From Octopus vulgaris (Eukaryota), in NCBI GenBank assembly GCA_951406725.2, contig OX597818.1, positions 5,642,001 through 5,706,000 on the forward strand: a stretch of DNA of 64,000 nucleotides, read 5' to 3'. The notes beneath the pieces are model-generated. The model was given only the letters and a program-made list of their open reading frames with translations. It did not search any database and had not been told where the DNA came from. A program made the translations under genes and the position numbers. Below are positions 26,870 through 39,235 of the stretch, one piece after another (the stretch's first letter is position 1; each line of letters starts with the position of its first letter).

Positions 26870-27690
26870 TGTTACTCAGCTGCATGTGCATTGCGAAGCA
26901 TCAATGTGTTACTTAACAACCTCGAAGGATTAAATCGCATGCATCAGTATGTAATGAACGTAGAGCAACTTCTTTGCAGAAAAATATTAGAGGCTTCCCC
27001 GAAGGCTTTTCGACAAAGTCTGCCAGTCGTCTCTAGCGCTCAATGAAGTTCAGTAATTGAAGTATCCATGAAAATTATTCATTTTGTGTCTGAACAACTA
27101 TGATCTTTCTGTATTTAATCGGTTAAATTAATGCTACCATTTGCAAAGGTAACCTTCGAAATATTGTTAAAACTGGCACACGTTTTCCCCGATGACACTA
27201 TGATTTCACCCATACACTTCTTAATAATGAATTTCAAGGAATAACTGATTCAATTTGATTATTCAGTTTACCAGCACTCTACGAACATCAACAACAGAAG
27301 GTTGCAAGATATATTCTAACATAAAAAAAGAAGATGCTGCGTGGGTGATCAACTAACAGATGAAACTGAATAAAATTCATGAAAACGTGATTACATTGAG
27401 AGGCCTCAATTCGAAGACCGAGAATAGCAAGTGTCACTTTATTCTCAATATTCTTCAATTAACTTGATGTATTTGTTTTACTTCTTCACATCATCATATA
27501 CCAAGAGAGGAGAGTCAATAATGCTTAGATCACAGGATTGGTCACTGAAATGGTACTCCATCAACGCTATTGGCAATTTACTGACCATTTTCAACCTTGG
27601 CGGCGTTGACACTAAAATATGCCTAATAATTCCACGGATTTCTCTTGAAAATTCTGACAGAGATTTGCCTTTCACTCTATGTGGTGTCCT
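26870..27690 (+). mobile_element. Highly decayed Helitron PIF1 helicase relic
   Basis: Ordered remnants AFRQSLPVV (~GDFRQxLPV), KRGESIMLR (~KVGxPIMLLR), NGT and IIPRISLENSDRDLPF (~LIPRIxL..SD.DLPF). Confidence 0.65.
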
Positions 27691-28179
27691 TTTATTTTGT
27701 AGACAAATACAAGTGAAAACAGCTTTAAAGTTGAGTGGACTGTATCTTCGGATCACAGGACTCATACACGTATATAATTATATGTTGTTATCTTCAGAGT
27801 GGATGACCAACAAATGTAAGAATATTCGCAAAGCAAAGAAACTTTGACTGTACAACTGGAAAAGCATACCATAATGGAAATACAGGACATGCGTTAGAAA
27901 CGTTGATTAGCAAATATAAATGTTGCATAATGTTTACAAATTGCTTGTAGATTAAGAGAGGGAATGATTTTAAAAACTATTGAAGTTACCCATTAAATAT
28001 TGGAGCAATATTTATTTAACTTTCACTGAAAAAGTGAACCTAACTTTCAATTATTTCCCTAATTGAAAAGCAGCTAGTATAACACATTGTTTCTGTAAAT
28101 AAGAATAAATGTAACATTTATTAGATTTAAATCTTTTCAAAACCTCTTTGGTTTTAAACTGATTATATTTAATGTTAAA

Positions 28180-28430
28180 TGTTTACGTATAATTTATCAG
28201 ACATGCTCAACAAGGATATTACTCTATATTCAGGGCGCTCTCTCCTGCTTCCAGTTTAAAAAAATTAAGATTATCACTCCGGATTGATATCGCTTTGTGC
28301 CTTTCAAGAAGCACAAATCAGCTAGCATGCACGATTCTGCAGAGAATTCTTTAAAGCATTTAACATCTTGGGCTGAATTAAACCCGCACCATCTGCCTCC
28401 CACTTCTGAGCGCTTTCATTGCCCTATATT
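28180..28430 (-). mobile_element. Decayed RTE-like LINE RT fragment
   Basis: Minus strand AMKALRSG...GVIILIF...YRVISLLSMSDKLYV (~YRGISLLSLPGKVY). Confidence 0.55.
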
Positions 28431-31365
28431 GTCTAGAGATATGAAACTCAGAAGGCAATATCGATTCATTTAAGAAGGACTTTTGTTCACTGAGATATCT
28501 CTAAAATTACGTAGAAATTCGTTTGAGTTATTACCAAGGTATGAAGTAAATTGATAGAAATACTGTTCTTCGAATTCAGCGTATTGCAGAAAATATTTAT
28601 TCATTTACAAACCCATTAACTCCAGAGATTTCTATAGACTGCTCTTCTTTCATTCCAAGAAGAATGAGGCAAATGCATCTTTCATTTCAGATTTGCACAT
28701 ACAGTAATTAAAGTGAAAAGTAAATGCTGGTAAAACGTGGCCAATTATAGAAAATGTAGCGATATCTACATTAGTTTGTGAAACCCATCATATAAAAAAA
28801 TTATACCCTGGAAAGCTAATTATGATAATATATCACAATATACTACAGGAATCAATTTTGTAATTCTGTCAAATAATTCTGTCAAATAAACTCTGTTGCT
28901 ATATTAGAAAATTTATTCCAGTGTTATGCCATATTAATTAACATTAATTCCTTTTACGAAAGCGATATTAATTGAATTACGAAAACTCAAATGATATATT
29001 ACGACATTAATGGCTAATTTTCAGTAAGAATGATATTGATGTATCAATATAAATATTCTTGGTATTCGCGCTTGTAGATAGAACCGATTATAATTTGAGC
29101 AATTTATTAACGACTATCTGATTATCGATTGTCATTTTGTGCTTGTCATGTTAGTGAAGTTATGAAACTCACATATATAAAATGTCATAGTATCTGACCT
29201 GCTACAATTGAACTTTTGTTTTAAGTTTATAGGTTCATGTCAAGATAAGATAAATACTGCCTATCATTGTATCAGTTTTCGAGACGTGATTCTTGATTAG
29301 AAAAATATACGAATATTTAATCAGTATTAACACGCCGTAATGTATGCAGTGAATTTGAAACACAGACATGCTAGACTTTTCATATGAAAAAAACATATTC
29401 ACTTACTTGCTTGTAAATATTTGAAATAAATCAATCACATACTAAAGTTTAGAATTTTTTATTCAGATATTACCAAAATTTTAAATAAACAACGTAACAT
29501 GTATTACATGAAATTTATATTTACAAGCATATAACAAAGATTTGATACAAATCTCAGCATCATTAACCTCACTGCACAGTAATTTGGAACAAAAGAAGTT
29601 ATTCCTTCCTCGCAAAGATTTAGACACTTTTTATGACTGAAAGATTTACCGTTAAAATAAATGTACTCTTTTAACCACATTATCTACTCCATTTTAGAAT
29701 TAAGGCCTAATGTAATCGGTAATTCCATACCGAAGACGTTTAGAGCAGTAGTTATTTTACATAACTTTCCACGAATAAGTTTTAAAACCAAACCTTCTTC
29801 GTATAATGTATTGAAAAGATCATGGAAAGGAAAATATATCAAGTTTTCGATTTGGTTTGTAACTTGTTCACGAAAGTCCTTGTATATTATAGTTGTATCG
29901 TATATATATTTGTTTACATCATGTATTGGTTGATGTTTGAGACATGGGTCCTTAAAACAATCAGAGAATGCTAAGATATTGACATAGTTTTATTTCCCTT
30001 ATTATATAGACAAATTAGTGACAAAAAAAGCCTGAGTAAGTTAATTCGTTCGCTGAAAGATAGTAATAAAATATATTCGATATGCAGGGATATTATTAAT
30101 AAAACTAAACCTTATAGAAAAGGACGAAAGAGATGCGAACTTCGCGTAGAAGAAACGTACCATATTTTCAATTCCAAATTTAATCTAATAAACACAAAGC
30201 AGGAATGTATTCTAAGATGCCTTCATACGAGGAAATTTACATTTAAACAGTTTATATAACATACTACACTTTATATAACAATAAAAATATCATAGTAACA
30301 ATGGAGAATCCAAGAGCAAAATTAGCAGAATAGTAAACTTTTAATATGAATGGTAAATTCACATAAACTTGACCAATTTTTCGGAGTTGTTTCACTTCAC
30401 CAACCACATTTAGTAGGGGTGAACACTGGGTCAAGATTATAACAACTACTATCAGTGGCACCCGTACCTCCAACAAAACACTTTATTAATTCATTTTGTT
30501 AATTTCTCCAGTATTACTTAGAAACGGCAGAAGGCAGGAAGCCTGAGGAAACTGCATCGACCATGATGGTATCAAATAGTGTTCAGTCGTGGCAATCGAA
30601 GCACAGGTAACCATCTGTAAAGATGTTTAAATAACTGTTAAATGAGATTATGGATGTGAAAAAACACGCGACTTAACTACGCAAACAACGAGAGAAAAAA
30701 TTGAAAACAGGATAAGTAACAAAAAAACCCTTCATCAGTTATCGGCTGTATATCTCCTCCATTTCAAGCATTCGACGACAATATGAATCTTCTAAGACAG
30801 TTGCTCCCATGACTTACAAAATATATTTTGGCTTTTTGGGAGGGTAAAAAATGGACAGTGGAAACGAACGAACTCAAACTTTGAGTGTTCTTAGAACGAG
30901 GGTAAAATAGTGAACGCTGGAAGAAATATTTTCTTTGAAAAGAAGAAAGATAGAAGAGAGAGATAAAAGGGAGATAGATAATATTTATCCTGATGAAAAT
31001 TTACATTCTCCGCTAGGGCAATTATTCTCTAGGTTTCCAGTATTTTTTGTCATACATTCTTTTTCGAATTTCTAATCACATCCATATGGAAGCAAATTAT
31101 TATTAAAAGAATTAATTCTTTAAACTGAGTTCAATAAATGTCTTGAAGTAAAGTGAAATCAACATTATTTACATTTGACTTACATTTGTCCTCATCTTGT
31201 TTCTTGTTAACCCACTTTTTTGTTGATATACCCTCCAGCATTCAGCAGGTGTCTTGAGGGAAATTCGAACCTAGATTTTCATTCCTACGGTATTTTCGAT
31301 ATTGTTGTTGTTATTATTGTTGTTATTTTTTTATAAGCCCTAAAATTCACTCCATAATTGCCCAC

Positions 31366-31438
31366 GGGCATGTGACGTAGTGGTTGAGTGCGCGGGCTAC
31401 TAACCTCAACATTCCGAGTTCGATTCCAGGCAGTGACC
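31366..31438 (+). ncRNA. tRNA-like Pol III cassette inside the pLTR (not a functional tRNA)
   Basis: A box TGACGTAGTGG, CT-ACT-AA anticodon-like loop, B box GAGTTCGATTCC; poor acceptor stem. Confidence 0.65.
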
Positions 31439-31673
31439 TGAATAACAATAATAATAATAACATCGAGAAATAACTTAGGAATGAGAATCAAAGTTGTGTT
31501 TAACAATAATCAATATAAAGATAAATATCCGTCAAATGTAAATGATGTACATAATTCATCTCTTAATAACAGAACTGAAAATGAAGTAGATTTCTGTTAT
31601 TATATTTACGAGATGATGACTTATGTACATTATTTACACTTGAATGAAATTTGTCCTCATCTTTTTTGTTGTT

Positions 31674-31719
31674 AGCACAACGTTTCGGCTGATGTACCCT
31701 CCAGCCTTCATCAGGTGTC
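31674..31719 (-). ncRNA. Minimal type I hammerhead ribozyme
   Basis: GACAC CUGAUGA A GGCUG [10 nt] CAGCC GAAA CG UU|GUGCU; palindromic AACGUU stem III. Confidence 0.75.
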
Positions 31720-31777
31720 TTGGGGAAATTTCGAACCTGGGTTCTCATTCCTAAGGTATTTTACGATGTTGTTGCTG

Positions 31778-31950
<173 letters not shown>

Positions 31951-34900
31951 TTTCCTTCTTCAAATTTTCTTCCGTTTCTCGCCGAGTGTTTTCCGTACAC
32001 GTAGGGCAGAGAAGCTCATTGTATGCATTCCCAGATTACACACGCAAATTCGCAGGTAAAATATGTATTTAAAAAATTAATGAATAAATAACTTCATAAA
32101 TGGATGTTGTTTTCACAGCGATAATGCTCTTCTCAGTATACGTGCCGTTCCAGTTAACACGATTTTTTGTACTTCCTGTAAGCCTGGTATAATTTTCAAA
32201 TAGGTTTCAGTACGTTTTTTTTTATCATTCCTAGAGATACTACAATCACTGGTACTGTAGTCGCCTTGAGATGTCACATTTTTTTCAATTTCTATTACCA
32301 AGACTTTATATCTACTAATCTTGTCAAATTCTTTCGCCGTTATATTGTGATCGCAAGGAATACTCATGTCAATTAATAAACACATCTTTTTTTGTCTGAT
32401 CTTTTATGATAATATCCGGTTTATTAGCTTTTATAGTTCTGTCGGCATGTACGGGGAAGTCCCATAGAATCGACACATTTTCTCCCTCAATCACAGCTTC
32501 AGGATGGTGTTTATACCATCTGTCAGCGGTTTTGATTTTAGAATGCCGACATATTGTCCAGTGTAAATACTGGCCGACTCTGTCATGTCTTGCTTTATAT
32601 TCTACAGGTGCTAAGACTCTACAGCCTGAGATTAGGTGGTCTATTGTTTCAATCTCATCGTTACAGAATCGGCATTTTGGGTCAGTTCCATTTTTTATCA
32701 CATTGGCTTGGTAGTTCCGCGTTAATAAGCATTGGTCTTGAGCAGCTAATATGAAACCTTCACTCACCGCTTTCAGCCTTGAGCTTCATAACCATTGGTG
32801 CGTGTGTTTCTGGTCGACATCAGCTCGTTTGCTACGGGCCACATACTTGCCATACAGAGGTTTCTGTTCCCATCTGCTAGCTAATTTTTCGTGCGCTTTT
32901 GTCTTTGCAATCAATTATATTTTCTTTACAGCAGCAGTTGGCGCATTTCCTTCAGCCTGATCAATCTGGTAGGTATCTAAGAGATCAGTAGCGACGTTTT
33001 GCTCTCTTTCAGAATAGAGTGAAGATTTTTTTCAGTCTTTCATGTTTTTCAACATGTTTTAGCATCCAATCGTGGGTTGCTTCAAGGTATTTGGCCAAGG
33101 TATTTGTGGTGGTTTTGTACGTAAGTTCAAACTGGATCAAACCTCGTCCTACCTGAACTCTGAGAAGGTAAAAACGATCCACGCCTGCTTTTGGACGTGC
33201 ATCTTATTGCTTGTGGATTAGTCTGTCAATTTTCATCATTTCACTGGTATTCCAGTTAAGCACATTGAAGCTATAAAGAACAATTAGGACTGGTAAGAAA
33301 TTTATGGCTAACACATTATTATATGCATTCAACTCAGACTTCAAGATTGCTCGAACTCTTCGATAACATTCCTTCCCAACCTTCTCCTTCATGCTCGCAT
33401 GCTGGAAACCAGAGCCTTCATTTATTCCTAGGAACTTATAGGTTTGTTCCTGCTCAAGTTCCTTTATTACTCTTTCGACGTCTAATTCGATTGAATTAGA
33501 TGAATTGAAATTGAAATTTACCAATTGAAATTTACAAATTTACCAATTGAATTGAAATTTACCAATTTCCCTTTCTTTAAAGTGGCTTTGGCATACTTTT
33601 CAAGGCCAAACTCCATCCCGATATCATCACTGAATCCTTTCACAGTATGTAAGCGTCCTTCAAGCTCTTCATCATCTTTGCCATATAGTTTTAAGTCATC
33701 CATATAAAATAGATGGCTTATTTTCCTGTTGTCAATTTTGTAGCCATATCCAGTTCTATTCAGTTCACTTGAGAGTGGTATTAGTGCTATGCAGAAAATT
33801 AGTGGTGAAAGTGAGTCACTTTGGAAAATTCCACAGTTTATGCTAATATTATCTGAGCGCAATACTCCATTAGAATTATATAATTGGAGCTTCGTGTTCC
33901 ATAGAGACATATACTTTAAAAAATCTGAAATCACAGGAGAAATTTTGAAAATGTCCAGCGACTTCAGAATCCACGAATGGAGTATGCTGTCAAAGGCTTT
34001 TTTTTTATCAATCCATGAAGAGTTGAGGTTTCTGCGCTTGTTATGGCAGTTCTCAAGGATCATGCGATAAATTAGGAGCTGATCTTTGCATCCGTATGAG
34101 CCTTGTCTCCATCCTTTTTGTTCAGTGGGAATGAGGTTATTCTCTTCCATAAATGTATATGTTTTCTCCACTAGATAGATGTCAAAATATTATAGGTAGT
34201 AGACAAACGTGTTATAGGCCGGTAGTTGATTTTGTACTTCGTTTCGTTATTTTTGGGGAGGAGGTAAGTAATACCATTTGCCATCCAATGGGGAGTTTTT
34301 TTCGGGTCTTTCATAATACTATTAAGTATTATTGCTAAAATTTTGTGTGCGGACGAGTGTGATGAGAGCCAGAAATTTGGTACTCTGTCAATACCAGGGG
34401 ATTTACCCTTATGAGTCTTCGTTAGTGCCCTACTTAGGTCGGCGATTGAGATGTCTTCCCATACCTGTTCTTGCAAATCTTTGTAAGCATCTTGGGTGCG
34501 TTTGATCCAGTCTCCATTTTCATTGTATGGTTTCTCATCACTCCAGATCACTTTCCAAAAGTTTTCAATTTCCTCCATTAGGGGTGGATTTTCAGTGGTT
34601 ATTTTTTCTTTCCCTACTTCCCTGTAAAATGATTTGGCATTGGATTTGAACATCTTATTTTGTTTGTAGCATTTGATTCTTTTCTCAAATATGTGTATTC
34701 TCTGAGCTTTTGTCTGAACTTTTTGTTTAAGTGTTTCTTTCGCTGAGATTAGTTTTTCTCTTGTTGAGAATCCATATTTTCTCACAATCTTCCTGCCTTT
34801 TCTTGATCTTACACTATTTCCAGAAATTAGCTCAGTTAATATTGATATCTCCCTTCGCAATGATTCAATTTCAGTTTCAATTCTACTCCTCCAGTTTGAT

Positions 34901-35745
34901 TTTCTTTTCGAATTTGGTACTGTTGGCTTTTGGGATGTTAAACAGCGTCTTTCGACTGCCTTGGGAACAGAGTAAGTAATTACATTTAACTTATTAAGAT
35001 CGGGTTTTAGTTGTTGTATGATTTCTTGTGTAACGCAGTTGCCAATTTTATTTTCATTCATATTTGTATGCCCTACTGCTGCAACCTCATTCAGAACTTA
35101 CTGCTTCATTTCAATGATAGATTTTCTGTGTTGATCAGCAAATATGTGGTCTTCAAAGTCTGTTTCGACATCATTTTCCTGGCTGTTTTTTCTAGGGTCA
35201 TCATATTTTCCTTTTTCTCAGGCTCTTGAGTGGTTTCAGCATATGGTCGCCGTTCAGTCAATGCTTGTGGCCCAACATTCCTCCCCTCTGCTTCGTTATT
35301 TCCTTCCTGACTTATAATTAGGTCATTCTCTACCACTTTTTTAATAGAGGTTAATTCTGCATCTGTGAGTCTGGTATTTATGAAGATATCTCTTCTAACA
35401 TTTGCTAATCTGCTAGCTGGATTCCGACTCCTCCAAATTCTGTAGGAGTTTGCGGTGTATTTCTCTTGGGTTGGCCTTCTACAAAGTAATAAGCATATAT
35501 TACTTCTTTATATTCTTCCCGGTTCGATTTAGTCCTTTTACATTTTTTATTTTCTGGTCGTTGTGGTGGCGAACTGCCGGGGACAAATCCCGTTTAAGTG
35601 ACCTTCCAGATTCGTATTCGGGGAAGATATTTTGCCATTTGAAAATCTTTCGCCATCAGGCTGACAGTTTTCTGACAGGCGCGCTTCCTGAATAACCATT
35701 GGACAAGCGATTCGGGGTACTGTTTGAAATTTTCTTTTCAAATAA
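31951..35745 (-). mobile_element. Near full-length R4/Dong-clade non-LTR retrotransposon, disabled
   Basis: KSPGIDRVPNFW, NYRPIT, EQKG...GCKDQLLI, WIDKKKAFDS, GIFQSDSLSPL, HLFYMDDLKLY, YKFLG, AAQDQ, CRFC...H...C, RHD, NKPDI...IDMSIP (RLE). The 3' end abuts (TAA)n. Confidence 0.9.
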
Positions 35746-35789
35746 AGTTAAATTATAATTAAATTTTCATTTTTTAAAAATATTTATTT

Positions 35790-36506
35790 TATCATTAATA
35801 TTATCCTATGTTTGACTTTTGCTTTACATTTTTATAAGTTGGCTCCAAGTCTCACCCAGAGACCTCAAGAGACAACAGGTTGGAAGTTCATGTTGTTATG
35901 CCTAGTGTGCCATATATTTGGTTTGTATTTAGTGTTGTACTAGTGAATGTCTAAAGAAAACCATACGAAATTATGTTTGTTTTAAAACTTGGGATTCCAT
36001 AGAAAGTATTTTGTGTAGGATATGGGCGGTTCACATGAGCAATATCTTTTGAATGTCTGCCATTTTGGGGTTTCCTGGTATCTGAGTTAGGTAGCAATCA
36101 GCCCATTTTGCTATCATTCCCAGGGTACCTATGACAACATGTATTGTTTTAGCCTTCAGATTCCACATTTTGCTGATTTCTATTTCAAGATCTTTATACT
36201 TGCTCAGTTTTTGGTAGGTCTTGACAGATACGTTTATATCGATTGGGACAGTCATATTAATGAGGAGGCATGTTCTTTGTCTGAAGTCTTTCAATATGAT
36301 GTCTGGCCTATTTGCATCTATCTTTCTGTCAGTTTGAATGGTGAAGTTCCAGAGGAGTGAGATGTGATCATTTTCAAGCACTGGAGGTGGTTTGTGTTCC
36401 TACCAGTTTTTTTCATGGGACAAATCCAGGTTTTTGCAAATTACCCAGTGAATATATTGTGCAGCTATATCATGCCTGTTAAGATACTCTGTAGGCGCTA
36501 GCAGAC
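35790..36506 (-). mobile_element. 5'-truncated R4/Dong-like element, second subfamily
   Basis: LLWNFTIQTDRKIDANRPDII...CLLINMTVP...KLSKYKDLEIEISKMW. The 5' end joins (TAA)n. Confidence 0.85.
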
Positions 36507-36558
<52 letters not shown>

Positions 36559-36564
36559 TTTATT

Positions 36565-36640
<76 letters not shown>

Positions 36641-36695
36641 GTGTTGTTGTTGTTGTTGCTGTTGTTGTTGTTGTTGCTGCTGCTGTTGTTGTTAT
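36507..36695. repeat. (ATT)n-(GTT)n compound microsatellite
   Basis: Directly visible. Confidence 0.95.
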
Positions 36696-37041
36696 TTATG
36701 TCTGAGAAGGATTACAGGATAGGTTTCAAAACCTAGCGTCGAATTTTTTGACACAAATTTAAGTTTTCTGTAGGCAGAATAGTGACAAAGTTATTTTGCA
36801 AGCCCACATCATCCTACATTTACTTCCACCGCTGCTACATGCATGGAAGTACAATTGTGGAAGCCCCCATACGTATGTACCCAAGCATGAGTTGATATAA
36901 CGACAATGTCAGTAATAATAATTATATATATATATAATAATATATATTAAGTATGATTGAGCAAACTGTATCCTAACACTGTATCTGTAACAATAATAAT
37001 AATTAGAAAGTAACTAAATTATAATGATTTAATTAATTTAG

Positions 37042-37299
<258 letters not shown>

Positions 37300-37300
<1 letters not shown>

Positions 37301-37998
37301 CAGTGTTTTTTTTTTATATCATACTTTCACTTCACTACCGAGCGCAGCTCTGTGTGCCTTGGGTATGTGGTGTGTTTTCTTGTGATGCTCTGATGGTTAC
37401 TGTATTGAAAGTGTTTTCGTACGATGTGGGCAGTGCCCAGTAGTGCAATTTTCTGTATGTTATGTGTTTGTAAGTCCTCGTGGTTTTGTTATGTATTTGT
37501 CTTAATATTTTTTTATCATACCTAATGCATCTACTATGATAGGAATTGTTCTGTTTTTAGATTTCATATTCGAGTTACCTCTATTTCCAGGGCTTTGTAT
37601 TTTGAAAGTGTCTCCATTTCTTTTAGAGACCCGTTGTCATCTGCTGGTATTGATACATCAATTAGAAAGCATTTTTTTCTACAGGATCTCTGACAACTAT
37701 ATCTGGTCTGTTGGCCTTAATTTCTCTATCTGTGTGTATTGGCATATCCCAGAGTATGGTTGCTTTCTCATTTTCTGTGACCTTTTCTGGGGTATGCCTA
37801 TAGCATCTTTTTTCTGTTGTTATTCCATAATGTTGGCATAGTTTCCAGTGTATGAAGGTCCCAACTCTGTCGTGTCTGTGAATATATTCCTTCTTAGCCA
37901 GGACTGGGCAGCCAGAGATAATATGATTTATTGTTTCTTGTCCATCTCCACAAATTCTGCAGTTACTTGTTATATTTCTTTTCATTATATGTTTTTGG
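37300..37998 (-). mobile_element. 5'-truncated R4/Dong-like element, third subfamily
   Basis: CRICGDGQETINHIISGC...RHDRVG...ILWDMPIHTDREIKANRPDIVV. Confidence 0.87.
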
Positions 37999-38530
37999 TA
38001 CTTTCTTCTACTGGTGGTTTTACTGGAAGGAGATATTTGCGAAGTGTTGTATCAGTCTTGGAAATGCGGCCCATATAATATCAGGACATTATTCAAGAGT
38101 AATACAACATTTCGCAAATATCTTCTTCGAGCAAAACCACCAATAGAAGAGAATATGACCAAAGACTGCGTGTATTTCATCCCATGCAGCTGTGGTAGGT
38201 TATAAAAAGGCGAAACATACTACCCCCTCAAAATAAGGGTAGACAAACATAGCAAAGCTGTGACATGAGGAAATATTGATAAATCGGCTATAGATGAGCT
38301 TGTATGGAAACATGGAGACTACCTCCCCGCTGTGAGATAAAGTTAAAATAATAGACAGAGAACACTACTGGAAAATACGAAAAGTAAAAGAAGCAGCACA
38401 TATGGTAGGACACAACAAGCTCCTAAGTAGACCGAGTGCAGATATAAATAGCATATGGGAACCGGTATTAAAGAAGGATTGGAAAATATTATATTTATAA
38501 GCCCTAAAATTTCACTCCATAATTGCCCAC

Positions 38531-38603
38531 GGACATGTGGCGTAGTGGTTGAGTGCGCGGGCTACTAACCTCAATATTCCGAGTTCGATTCCGGGTAGTG
38601 ACA
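38531..38603 (+). ncRNA. tRNA-like Pol III cassette inside the Penelope pLTR
   Basis: A box TGGCGTAGTGG, B box GAGTTCGATTCC. Confidence 0.7.
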
Positions 38604-38678
38604 TGAATAAAAATAACAATAATAACAACATCGAAAAATACCTTAAGAATGAGAACCCAGATTCGAAATTTCCCCCAA

Positions 38679-38724
38679 AACACCCGGTGAAGGCTGGAGG
38701 GTATATCAGTCGAAACGTTGTGTT
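38679..38724 (+). ncRNA. Hammerhead ribozyme, core-mutated copy
   Basis: AACAC CCGGUGA A GGCUG...CAGUC GAAA CG UU|GUGUU; homologous to 31674-31719. Confidence 0.6.
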
Positions 38725-39114
38725 AACAACAATCAATATGAAGACAAATATCCGTCAAATGTAAATAACGTACATAATTCATCTCTTAAATATAGAACTG
38801 TAAAATGAAATGAAGTAGATTTTTATGTTAACGATGTACTTTTCATTTATTTAATTACCCCAGACAGCTGTTTTTGTTTACTTATCATCCAAAAAGAAAT
38901 TATATGATAATAATATGCATTTGTTTATTATGTCATGGTCTTTTTGACAGACACGGCTCTCTGGAATAATTGAATAAATGAAAACTCCATTATTAACATC
39001 AAAATCTGCTTCACTACATTTTATTTGAAGACATTTATTGAACTCCGTTTAATGATTTCATACTCACACACATAAACGATAGAATTTCACACTGTTTGCG
39101 TATAAAATTCATGC

Positions 39115-39235
39115 ACAAAGCACTGGTAGGCGTGGGGGGTATTGTAAAACATACCCACCCAAGATGCTGCATAGTTGAACTGAACCCGAAAGCATGTGCT
39201 TCAAACCGAGTTTCTTTTCTAATACAGCCAGGTCT
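39115..39235 (-). mobile_element. Decayed SINE head fragment
   Basis: Minus strand contains GGTTCAGTTCAACTATGCAGCATCTTGGGT, similar to the second SINE family. Confidence 0.4.

Larger units (their letters stand above)
37999..38822 (+). mobile_element. Penelope-like element 3' part: GIY-YIG endonuclease relic plus pLTR, with an inverted 5' segment
   Basis: IRTLFKSNTT...CVYFIPCSCGRL*KGET...LKIRVDKH...KSAI...VKIIDRE...RKVKEA. 37999-38052 is an inverted copy of ~38102-38156. Confidence 0.85.

Noticed and set aside
30725-30745. CUGAUGA on the minus strand as another hammerhead
   Set aside because: No matching stem II-GAAA-stem III found nearby; the same holds for CUGAAGA near 62170.
31366-31438. 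Functional tRNA-Ser(ACT) gene (also 38531-38603)
   Set aside because: Poor acceptor and anticodon stems, no long variable arm, and embedded in a repeat.
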